A stretch of 54,979 bases of DNA from Candidatus Fimimonas merdipullorum (lineage in GTDB: Bacteria > Bacillota > Clostridia > Christensenellales > CAG-314). Of this stretch, positions 1 to 7,641 are shown one piece after another. The number at the start of each line of letters is the position of its first letter. Position 1 is the first letter of the stretch. The notes beneath the pieces were generated by a model. That model was given only the letters and a program-made list of their open reading frames with translations, made no database searches and had not been told where the DNA came from. The stretch lies in NCBI GenBank assembly GCA_018713905.1, contig DVOC01000065.1, positions 1 through 54,979 on the forward strand. The letters run 5' to 3'. The translations under genes and the position numbers were made by a program.

Positions 1-107
1 TCGGCATATTGTTTTTTGTTAAGAACGGGAATCAAAAAATAAATTCCGACGCCTGCGCCCACCAACAGCAGACAGACTATCAGAAAAGCAATGTCAACCG
101 GACTCAT
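1..107 (-). CDS. 5' end (35 codons) of a membrane-anchored protein of unknown function; gene runs off the left edge of the window
   Basis: ATG at 107-105 (rc) with AAGGAGA (rc of 114-120) 6 nt upstream. Translation MSPVDIAFLIVCLLLVGAGVGIYFLIPVLNKKQY is one hydrophobic helix. Too short to appear in the ORF track. Confidence 0.3.
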   Translation of the reverse strand, partial: MSPVDIAFLIVCLLLVGAGVGIYFLIPVLNKKQYA

Positions 108-257
108 AATATTTCTCCTTATAAGATTCGTTTCCACGCGGACGTCCGCGATTATGCAAACGGACAAGCCCGTTTGCAAAGGTCTTATATGAGGGCTGAG
201 TCGCACCTCAAAAATACAGCGTGACAATAATGGAAAGAATAATTCTTTTCCACGTTG

Positions 258-286
258 ATTATACCATCTGCGCAAGGAAAAATCAA
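258..286 (-). promoter_or_regulatory. Sigma-70-type promoter for the partial gene at 1-107 (TTGATT-17-TATAAT)
   Basis: On the minus strand, TTGATT (286-281), a 17-nt spacer, then TATAAT (263-258). Implies a leader of about 145 nt. Confidence 0.4.
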
Positions 287-611
287 TGCTTTAAGAAAAA
301 TATTTGACTCTAAAATTTCACTGTTGCCAACAAAATGCGACAAATTGCGCTCACAGTCATTGCATATTTTGCCGTTTGTTGCCTTTTCCGAAATAATTTT
401 CGCTTATTTCCTCCCCTTTTGGCGCCCGTGCCGAGGTAAGCGACCGCAAAACGCGGCATAGCTACGACCAAAAAAGCGCCGCGCAAAACGCCGAGTGCAT
501 ACCATACTCGTTGTTAGCTTCCGCTTTAATTAGAGGCGGACAAGTACACTCCGTAGAAAGCGCGGCGCATATTTTTGTCGCCCGTTATCGGCTTTTGTTT
601 TAATAGCGGCA

Positions 612-643
612 AACAAAAAAGCACTCCGCGGTAAACGGAGCGC
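612..643 (-). terminator. Rho-independent terminator downstream of hpt
   Basis: Minus-strand RNA GCGCUCCG-UUUACCG-CGGAGUGC (8-bp stem, one G-U pair) followed by UUUUUUGUUUG. Lies 45 nt after the hpt stop. Confidence 0.5.
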
Positions 644-687
644 ATACGCTTTTACCTTGTTTGTTTTTTTGCTTTATTAAATGTTTG

Positions 688-1233
688 TTACTTTTTATAC
701 TCTTCCTCTTTCAATACGCACACTTCGGGCAGGCCGCGAAGCTTTTCGGCAAAGTCCATGCCGTAGCCCACCACAAACTTGTCGGGGATTTCGAACCCGA
801 CGTATTTTACCTCCACCTGCGTTTTGCGACGGGAGGGCTTGGAAAGCAGCGCCGTTATTTCCACGCTTTGAGCCTGACGCGCGGCGATGGCGTCGCGCAG
901 CTTGGAAAGGGTGACGCCGCTGTCTATTATGTCTTCCACTATGAGCACGTTTCTGCCGCGGCAGTCGCAGGAAAGGTCTTTAAGCACCTTGACTTCGCCG
1001 CTGGACTCCGTGCCGCTGCCGTAGCTGGATACCATCATAAAGTCCACGTCGCAGTCGATGGTAAGCTCCCTTACCAGATCCGCCATATACATCCAGCCGC
1101 CTTTAAGCACGCCCACCAGCAGCAGGTCTTTGCCCTCGTAGTCGCGGGAAATTTCCGCCGCCAGCTGTTTTATGCGCGCGCTTATTTTGTCTTTTCCTAT
1201 GAGCACGCCGCTTGTTCTGTCGTACATTTTCAT
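688..1233 (-). CDS. hpt: Hypoxanthine phosphoribosyltransferase
   Basis: PRPP-binding loop VLIVEDIIDSGVTL and overall HPRT-like sequence (ORF 688..1332). Start moved to ATG 1233 (MKMYDRTSG..., GAGG 8 nt upstream), 18 nt after the tilS stop. Classic Firmicutes tilS-hpt pairing. Confidence 0.9.
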   Translation of the reverse strand: MKMYDRTSGVLIGKDKISARIKQLAAEISRDYEGKDLLLVGVLKGGWMYMADLVRELTIDCDVDFMMVSSYGSGTESSGEVKVLKDLSCDCRGRNVLIVEDIIDSGVTLSKLRDAIAARQAQSVEITALLSKPSRRKTQVEVKYVGFEIPDKFVVGYGMDFAEKLRGLPEVCVLKEEEYKK

Positions 1234-1250
1234 ACACCGTACCTCGTTTT

Positions 1251-2522
1251 TCAGTCCGTTATCAGATTTTTGATATATCTCACGGAGGAATTTTGCTCCA
1301 CCTTGACGTGGTCGGAAATTTCCACTCCGCAAATTATAAGCACGTTGCTGCCGTCCGCCACCAGCACAAGGCTGTCACGCAGACGGGCGGGTATTTTTTT
1401 GTCTATCAGATACCTGTTGAGCGCCTTTGTGCCGCCGCCGTACTTGCAGAAGACGTCCCCCTTGCGGCGCGTTCTGAATACCGCCGTGGGAGGGATTTTG
1501 CCTACGTCGAACTTGAGGGCGTCCTTTTGCCTGTGCCTGTACACCGCCACCGTGCCCACGGGAGTTTTTACAGTGCCTTCGCCGAAGGGCATTTCAAAGT
1601 CGAAAAACTTTTCCTCTGTCTGTTTGAGAATGGTCACCTTGTCGTAGTCGTTTACCGCCACGAGGTTGAAGGGCAAGGACAGCTTTTTTCCCCCGAAGTT
1701 GTCCGCCAGCTGAATTATGGCGTCGAAGTGCTGTTTTTCTATGTCGTACCAGATGTTGAGGCGCAAAAACACCTTGCGCAGCACGCGGTAGGCAATGGGT
1801 TTGGGCTGGGTGAGCAGATAGGAGGGTATTTCCGCTCTGTCACCGAATATCTTTACGTCGCCGTCGTCGGCAAGGCTTTCCAGATAGGCGTTGTCCTGCG
1901 CGACGTTTTCCGCCGTGCGCGTTATGTTGGAGGGGGCGTTTTCGTTTATTTTGCACAACAGAGGTATCACTTCGTTGCGCAGAAAGTTTCTGGCGTACTT
2001 TACCTGACTGTTGGTGGCGTCGTACACGTGCGGCACGCCGTGCTCGGCGGCGTATTGCTCGATATCCGCGCGGGAAAGGTGCAGCATGGGACGCAGAAAT
2101 TTGCCCCGCTCCCTGCGTATGCCTTCCAGCCCGTTGGCTCCGCTGCCCCGTATGAGGTGCATGAGTATGGTTTCGGCGTTGTCGTCGGCATGGTGCGCCG
2201 TGCACACCCTGTCCACTTCCAGCGAATTGAGCACCCCCATGCGCAGCAGTCTTGCGCCCGTTTCCTCCGAAACCTTCATCGCCTGACAATAAGAGGGAAC
2301 GTCTATGTTGAAGGTGCGACATTTAACTTTTAGCTTTCGGCAGTAGTCCTGCACGAACTTGCAGTCCGCCGACGCCTCCTTGCGCAGATTGTGGTTTACC
2401 GTCACCACGAAAAAATGCGGACGGGGCTTCATGGACGCAAACATATGCAGCATTACCATGGAGTCTATGCCGCCGGACACCGCCAGCGCATAGGACAGGG
2501 AAAGATCCACCTCTACGTTCAT
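1251..2522 (-). CDS. tilS: tRNA(Ile)-lysidine synthase
   Basis: N-terminal PP-loop ALAVSGGIDSMVMLHMF; 423 aa. Its ATG overlaps the rsmA stop (ATGA at 2519-2522). Confidence 0.9.
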   Translation of the reverse strand: MNVEVDLSLSYALAVSGGIDSMVMLHMFASMKPRPHFFVVTVNHNLRKEASADCKFVQDYCRKLKVKCRTFNIDVPSYCQAMKVSEETGARLLRMGVLNSLEVDRVCTAHHADDNAETILMHLIRGSGANGLEGIRRERGKFLRPMLHLSRADIEQYAAEHGVPHVYDATNSQVKYARNFLRNEVIPLLCKINENAPSNITRTAENVAQDNAYLESLADDGDVKIFGDRAEIPSYLLTQPKPIAYRVLRKVFLRLNIWYDIEKQHFDAIIQLADNFGGKKLSLPFNLVAVNDYDKVTILKQTEEKFFDFEMPFGEGTVKTPVGTVAVYRHRQKDALKFDVGKIPPTAVFRTRRKGDVFCKYGGGTKALNRYLIDKKIPARLRDSLVLVADGSNVLIICGVEISDHVKVEQNSSVRYIKNLITD

Positions 2523-3340
2523 AAGTTTTCTCCTACGATGCGTGAAAGATTTACAAACTGCTCTACGGAAAGCTGTTCGCCTCGGCAGCCTGCGGGCAGT
2601 CCCGCCTGCGAAAGCACCTCCTCCGCCTGCTTTTTGTCAAAACCCAACGCGCACAAATTGTTTGCCAAAGTTTTGCGGCGCATGGCGAACGCCGCCTTTA
2701 CCGTACGGCGGAACGTATCCCTGTCGGCAACGTCGTACTTGTCCCTGCGCAGAGTAATCCTTATGACGGCGCTGTCCACCTCCGGCGAGGGATAAAACGC
2801 TTCCTTGGGCAGCAGCCGCACTATTTCGGTGTCGGCAACGGCGTTGACCGCCACCGTTATGGCTCCGTACTGCTTGCTTGCCTCTTTGGCGCACAGCCTT
2901 TCCGCCACTTCCTTCTGCACCGTCAGCGTAAGACTTTTTACCTGCTTGCCCTGTTCCAGAAAATTCATAATGAGGGGCGTGGTGACGTAGTAGGGAATGT
3001 TTGCCACCACCGAATACTCCCCTCCGCACAGCTTTTCTATTTCGGAAACGGGATACTTCATTACGTCCCCCATTATCAGCGTGACGTTGTGCCTGTCCTT
3101 GAGCGTTACGTCCAGCACCTTTTTGAGGTTTTTGTCAATTTCAAAGGCTATGACCTTTTTTGCCCGCGCCGAAAGCGCCCTCGTAAGAGTGCCGGCGCCC
3201 GCGCCCACCTCCACTACGGTGCCCTTTTCGCCGGAGGCTTCGGCTATGCCGTCCAGTACGTCCTCGTCCAGCAGAAAGTTCTGCCCGAACTGCCTGTTGA
3301 AGCGAAAAGCTTTTTCTTTGAGTATGGTTTTGACGTCCAT
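2519..3340 (-). CDS. rsmA: 16S rRNA (adenine1518/1519-N6)-dimethyltransferase
   Basis: FGQNFL motif and SAM-binding VVEVGAGAGTLT. Start set to ATG 3340 (MDVKTILKEK...), 5 nt after the upstream stop. Confidence 0.9.
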   Translation of the reverse strand: MDVKTILKEKAFRFNRQFGQNFLLDEDVLDGIAEASGEKGTVVEVGAGAGTLTRALSARAKKVIAFEIDKNLKKVLDVTLKDRHNVTLIMGDVMKYPVSEIEKLCGGEYSVVANIPYYVTTPLIMNFLEQGKQVKSLTLTVQKEVAERLCAKEASKQYGAITVAVNAVADTEIVRLLPKEAFYPSPEVDSAVIRITLRRDKYDVADRDTFRRTVKAAFAMRRKTLANNLCALGFDKKQAEEVLSQAGLPAGCRGEQLSVEQFVNLSRIVGENL

Positions 3341-3345
3341 GCGCG

Positions 3346-4524
3346 TTAATCCTTTATGACTTTCAAAAATACCTGAGTGAATTTCTTTTCGTCCCACAGC
3401 TGCGGTACGGGGTAAAGGGGGTTTGCCTCCCTTGCCGCATGCGCCGCAAGAAAGGGCACGTCCGCCCTGCGCGCTTCGGCAAACGCGTCGGGAATGCCCG
3501 TTTTTTCGTTGAGGGCGCGAATTGCCTCAATAAATTTTTTTGCGGCGACGGACGCCTCGTCGGAAGAATGCGCCACGTTACACAAAACCGCAAGACGTGC
3601 CAGCTTTTTGTGTACGCATTTACCGTATTCTTCCAGCACCACCGGCAACAGCACGGCGTTTGCCACTCCGTGCGCAGTGCCGTATCTGCCGCCCAAGGAA
3701 TGCGCCATTGCGTGAACGTTGCCCACGTAGGCGCGGGTAAAGGCAAGCCCTGCAAGATACGCCGCCCGCTGCATTTGCTGCCGCGCTTCTACGTTGCCGC
3801 CGTCGCAATAGGCCGCGTACAGATATCGGAAGATAAGCTCTGTCGCTTCCTCCGCCTGTTTTTTGGTGGCGGAAGTGTTGCTTCTGCCCACGTACGCCTC
3901 TACCGCGTGCGTCAGCGCGTCCATGCCGGTGGAAGCCGTGAGATGTGCGGGAAGTCCCACCGTCAGCAGAGGATCCAGCACGGCATACCGCGGAATAAGC
4001 GCAAAGTCGTTTATGGCGTATTTGTCCTGCTTTTCCGAGTCCGTTATCACGGCGGCGACGGTACATTCGCTGCCCGTGCCCGCCGTTGTGGGCACGGCGT
4101 ACAGCGTAGGTATGGCTTTGCGCACTTTCAGCAGTCCGCGCAGTTGGTTTACGCTCTTATCGGGACGTGCGACGCGCGCCCCCACCGCTTTGGCGCAGTC
4201 CATAACGGAGCCGCCGCCCACGGCGACAATGCAGTCGCACCCGTTTTTTTCGTACAGCTTTACCGCTTCTTCCACCTGCGCTACGGTGGGGTTAGGCAAA
4301 ACTCCGTCGTACAGGGGATAGTTCTCCAAGCCTTTGGTGACGCCGCGCGCCACACCCGATTTGTCGCATATCACGAGGGGAAAGCCCTTGCCCACCTTTT
4401 GCGGCAGCGACCTGAAACAGCCCTCGCCCGTAATAAGCTCCGGCTGACGCCACGGCATGAACACCATTGCCGTGCGCACCGCTGCCTGATATACTCTGCA
4501 AAAAACCTTTTTGTAAAACTTCAT
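3346..4524 (-). CDS. Iron-containing (group III) alcohol dehydrogenase
   Basis: GGGSVMDCAKA motif and His-rich metal site HAMAHSLGGRYGTAHG. Start set to ATG 4524 (MKFYKKVF...). The 64 extra N-terminal codons in the ORF track are Arg/His-rich and unsupported. Confidence 0.85.
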   Translation of the reverse strand: MKFYKKVFCRVYQAAVRTAMVFMPWRQPELITGEGCFRSLPQKVGKGFPLVICDKSGVARGVTKGLENYPLYDGVLPNPTVAQVEEAVKLYEKNGCDCIVAVGGGSVMDCAKAVGARVARPDKSVNQLRGLLKVRKAIPTLYAVPTTAGTGSECTVAAVITDSEKQDKYAINDFALIPRYAVLDPLLTVGLPAHLTASTGMDALTHAVEAYVGRSNTSATKKQAEEATELIFRYLYAAYCDGGNVEARQQMQRAAYLAGLAFTRAYVGNVHAMAHSLGGRYGTAHGVANAVLLPVVLEEYGKCVHKKLARLAVLCNVAHSSDEASVAAKKFIEAIRALNEKTGIPDAFAEARRADVPFLAAHAAREANPLYPVPQLWDEKKFTQVFLKVIKD

Positions 4525-4850
4525 AACGCCTCGGAAGGTAATTTGAAGTATTATACAACAAATAACTGCGTTTGTAAACACCGAAAGAGCCATTATGCCG
4601 CGCGGCGCATGCCGTGCACGAAAAACGCCCGAATTGCTTTCGTCTTTGCCCGTATGCGCTCGGTGCGGTGTGCGCCGATACAAAACGCCCGCACGCCTCG
4701 GCGCTTTGCGGGACAAGCGTGCAAGCCTCTTTCTTTACGCAAATACGTATGCCCGCAAATGCTTTTTAATCCATTGCCCCGACCGTTCGTGCCACTATGG
4801 CAAGAGGGCGGCTGCGCCGCACCTGTTTCGGAAAGCATATAAAAAGGGTA

Positions 4851-4882
4851 TAAAAAAATCTCACCGCGAAAGTGAGATTTTT
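4851..4882 (-). terminator. Rho-independent terminator of the rpsF-ssb-rpsR operon (symmetric, possibly bidirectional)
   Basis: AAATCTCAC-CGCGAAA-GTGAGATTT hairpin flanked by an A-run and a T-run, 8 nt after the rpsR stop. Confidence 0.6.
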
Positions 4883-4889
4883 GATTACG

Positions 4890-5135
4890 TCAGTCTGCCA
4901 CGTAAGGAATGAGAGCCATCTGACGGGCGCGCTTGATTGCCACGGCAAGCTCTCTCTGGTGACGGGCGCATACTCCCGTCATACGGCGGGGAAGAATTTT
5001 GCCGTTTTCCATAAGATACTTTCTGAGTTTTGCCACGTCCTTGTAGTCGATGGTTTCAGCCTTTTCCACGCAGAAATTGCACACCTTGCGGCGGGCAGGC
5101 TTTCTGACAGGCCTTTTGATTTCCTTGTTTTCCAT
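4890..5135 (-). CDS. rpsR: 30S ribosomal protein S18
   Basis: 81 aa. The segment [11 protein letters not shown]...[13 protein letters not shown]...[27 protein letters not shown] is typical S18. Confidence 0.95.
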   Translation of the reverse strand: MENKEIKRPVRKPARRKVCNFCVEKAETIDYKDVAKLRKYLMENGKILPRRMTGVCARHQRELAVAIKRARQMALIPYVAD

Positions 5136-5153
5136 AATTATATCTCCTTATGT

Positions 5154-5555
5154 TTAGAAGGGCATGTCGTCGTCGGAATCGTCCACTTCTTTAAGCGTAT
5201 CCACCGTCTTGGAGGAATTGCCCGTCGCCTGCGAAGAACCGCCGCCTGCGCGGGAAAGGAATTCCACCTGATCGGCGCGGATGTCGAAGGTCTGACGTTT
5301 GATACCGTCCCGCTCGTAACTGCCCGTTTGAATGCTGCCCATAACAGCCACCTGACTGCCTTTTTCCAGATATTTTACGCAGTTTTGCGCCAGAGTGTCC
5401 CACGTGATGATGTTGATGAAATCTGCGCGGCTTTCGCCGTCACGGGAAGAATAGCGGTTTACCGCAATGGAAAACCTGCAATAGGAATGTCCGGAAGCAA
5501 CGGTGGATGCCGTCGGGTCTTGGGTGAGTCTGCCGATAAGAAATACTTTGTTCAT
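5154..5555 (-). CDS. ssb: Single-stranded DNA-binding protein
   Basis: MNKVFLIGRLTQDP OB-fold N terminus, Gly/Ser-rich linker and acidic tail DDSDDDMPF. Sits between rpsF and rpsR. Confidence 0.95.
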   Translation of the reverse strand: MNKVFLIGRLTQDPTASTVASGHSYCRFSIAVNRYSSRDGESRADFINIITWDTLAQNCVKYLEKGSQVAVMGSIQTGSYERDGIKRQTFDIRADQVEFLSRAGGGSSQATGNSSKTVDTLKEVDDSDDDMPF

Positions 5556-5564
5556 GATATTCTC

Positions 5565-5846
5565 CTATTTTTTAACAACCAAAAACCGAACTACGCCGTC
5601 GGTGATACGCAAAACGCGTTCCACTTCGCTGGGCAGAGTTGCGGGGGCGGTGAAGTTTACCAAAACGTAGTAACCTTCCGACTTGTAGTTGATGGGATAC
5701 GCCAGCTTTCTGGTGCCCCACTTGTCTACGCCGTCCACGGTGCCGCCATTATCGGTAACAACGGCGGATATCTTGGCGACGAGGTTTTCCTTGGCTTCGT
5801 CGGACAGGTCGTTGTCGATAATGTACAACAATTCGTAACTGTTCAT
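5565..5846 (-). CDS. rpsF: 30S ribosomal protein S6
   Basis: 93 aa, MNSYELLYIID... S6 signature. First gene of the rpsF-ssb-rpsR operon; AAGGAGG RBS. Confidence 0.95.
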   Translation of the reverse strand: MNSYELLYIIDNDLSDEAKENLVAKISAVVTDNGGTVDGVDKWGTRKLAYPINYKSEGYYVLVNFTAPATLPSEVERVLRITDGVVRFLVVKK

Positions 5847-5917
5847 ATTTTTTTACCTCCTTATGGTCTTTTGGCCGCGGCAGGGTGCGCCGCAGCAAGG
5901 TCTTTTCAGACAGAGGT

Positions 5918-5946
5918 ATTATAGCGCAAAGCGTTTTTTTTTGCAA
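5918..5946 (-). promoter_or_regulatory. Promoter of the rpsF operon (TTGCAA-17-TATAAT)
   Basis: Minus strand: TTGCAA (5946-5941), 17-nt spacer, TATAAT (5923-5918). About 70 nt upstream of the rpsF ATG. Confidence 0.5.
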
Positions 5947-6099
5947 GTAAAAATGAACGTTTTATTTAATAATATACGTCACGGCAAAAAACAGGCCGCA
6001 CGGGCGGCGTTTGAGACGTCATTTTCGCGGCGGAGTGAAAAATAGCAGTCGCCGTGCAACGCCGCGTAAACCGACGTCGGCAAAGCCCGTCCGTTTTTA

Positions 6100-6136
6100 C
6101 AAAAACAGCCGAGCCTCTTGCATTAAGAGGCTCGGC
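6100..6136 (-). terminator. Rho-independent terminator downstream of the M32 carboxypeptidase gene
   Basis: Long GC-rich hairpin GCCGAGCCTCTTAATGCAAGAGGCTCGGC (minus-strand reading) followed by TGTTTTTGT. Confidence 0.6.
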
Positions 6137-6146
6137 AAGCGTCGTT

Positions 6147-7634
6147 TTATCCGAATTTTTTCACAAGGTAATCTACGTAGTAGTGAGCGTCGAAGTCCTC
6201 GCCGGTGGCAAGGCGCAGTATCTCGTCGGGATATTTGCTGCAACCGTAACGGTGGATATGGGACGCCAGCCACTCGTTTATGCGCTGCGTGGTGCCGCTT
6301 TCCAAGCTCTTTTCCACGTCGAAATCCCTTTGCATGGCGGCGTACAGCTGCGCCGCAATTGCCGAGCCCAACGCGTAGGTGGGGAAATAGCCGAAGTTGC
6401 CGTACGCCCAATGCACGTCCTGCAACACGCCCAAAGTGTCGTTAGGGGGAGTTATGCCGAAGTACTGCGTAAACTTTTCCTTCCACGCCGCGGGCAGGTC
6501 TTCCGCCTGCAAGCTGCCCTCGATAAGCATTTTTTCCAGCTCGTAGCGCACCATGATGTGCAGCGGATAGGTCAGCTCGTCCGCCTCGGTGCGCACGAAT
6601 GTGCGTTCGGTGCGGTTTACGTATTTGACGAACTGACTTTCCGAAACGTGCTTCAACTGCACGGGGAAGTGCTGCTGCAAGTGCTTGTAGTGCACCTTCC
6701 AGAAGGCGGCGCTTCTGCCTATCATGTTTTCGTAAAAGCGGGATTGGCTTTCGTGCATGCCCATGCTCGCCCCGCCGTAGGACAGGGTGCCGTTAAGACT
6801 TTTGTCGCACTGCTGCTCGTAAAGGGCGTGTCCCGTTTCGTGAATGACGGAAAAGATGGAGGAGGTGAAGTTGTTTTCGTAGTAGTGATTGGTTATACGC
6901 ACGTCCTCGGTGCCGAAGCCGCTGGTGAAGGGGTGTTCGCTCTCCTTCATTATGCCGCGCGACTTGTCGAAGCACATAACGTCCCGCAGATATTCGCAGA
7001 ACTTGCGCTGCCCCTCCTTGTAGTAGGGCTGCGTTGCCCATTCCGGCACCGACTCCGTTTTCGCCGTCGCCTTTTTTATTACGGGTACTATCTTTTCCTT
7101 CAACAGCGCAAAAAACTCGTCGTACTGCTTTTGAGTGTAGTTGGGCTCGAACATATCCAGCAGCACGTCGTAGCCCGAAAGCTTGTCCGTTTGGAGCCAC
7201 TGCGTCGTTTTGCGCGCGTACTCCACCACCTTTTTGAGGTAGGGCAAAAAGGACGCGAAATCGTTTTTCCGTTTTGCCTCGACGTACACGGGATACGCTT
7301 CGGCAGTCAGCCTCTGGTAGGCGGCGTACTCCTCTTTGGGTATCTTTGCCGTTTCGTCGATGTGCTTTTTCATATCCGTCACTTCGTGACGCAGCACCTC
7401 GTCCAGCTCTGCCGCGCAGCCGCACAGCGTTTCCACCGCCTCGCGGAAGCAAGCGTCGGCGAAAAGCTCGTACTCCTGCTCGCCCAGCACGCCCATCTGC
7501 TCGGAATCGGCAATGACGCTTTGCGGAGCGGCGTCCGTCTGCATATCCCACGAGCACACGAAAGAGGCGTATCTGTTAGCCAACATTTTTCTTCTTTGTT
7601 TTGTGTAAACTTCCAATGCCTGTTGTTTGTTCAT
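6147..7634 (-). CDS. M32 family (Taq-type) metallocarboxypeptidase
   Basis: HETGHALYEQ zinc motif plus HESQSRFYEN, VRTEADELTYPLHI and GVLQDVHWAYGNFGYFPTYALG, the hallmark M32 blocks; 495 aa. Confidence 0.9.
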   Translation of the reverse strand: MNKQQALEVYTKQRRKMLANRYASFVCSWDMQTDAAPQSVIADSEQMGVLGEQEYELFADACFREAVETLCGCAAELDEVLRHEVTDMKKHIDETAKIPKEEYAAYQRLTAEAYPVYVEAKRKNDFASFLPYLKKVVEYARKTTQWLQTDKLSGYDVLLDMFEPNYTQKQYDEFFALLKEKIVPVIKKATAKTESVPEWATQPYYKEGQRKFCEYLRDVMCFDKSRGIMKESEHPFTSGFGTEDVRITNHYYENNFTSSIFSVIHETGHALYEQQCDKSLNGTLSYGGASMGMHESQSRFYENMIGRSAAFWKVHYKHLQQHFPVQLKHVSESQFVKYVNRTERTFVRTEADELTYPLHIMVRYELEKMLIEGSLQAEDLPAAWKEKFTQYFGITPPNDTLGVLQDVHWAYGNFGYFPTYALGSAIAAQLYAAMQRDFDVEKSLESGTTQRINEWLASHIHRYGCSKYPDEILRLATGEDFDAHYYVDYLVKKFG

Positions 7635-7641
7635 AACTACC

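Noticed and set aside
4525-4716. N-terminal extensions of several ORF-track models: ADH to 4716, P-type ATPase to 10248, SecA to 27121, hsp20 to 19055, hpt to 1332, rsmA to 3397, protease to 50739.
   Set aside because: In each case an internal ATG with a good Shine-Dalgarno sequence coincides with the start of family homology. The upstream codons are Arg/Gly-rich read-through of the neighbouring gene or intergenic DNA.
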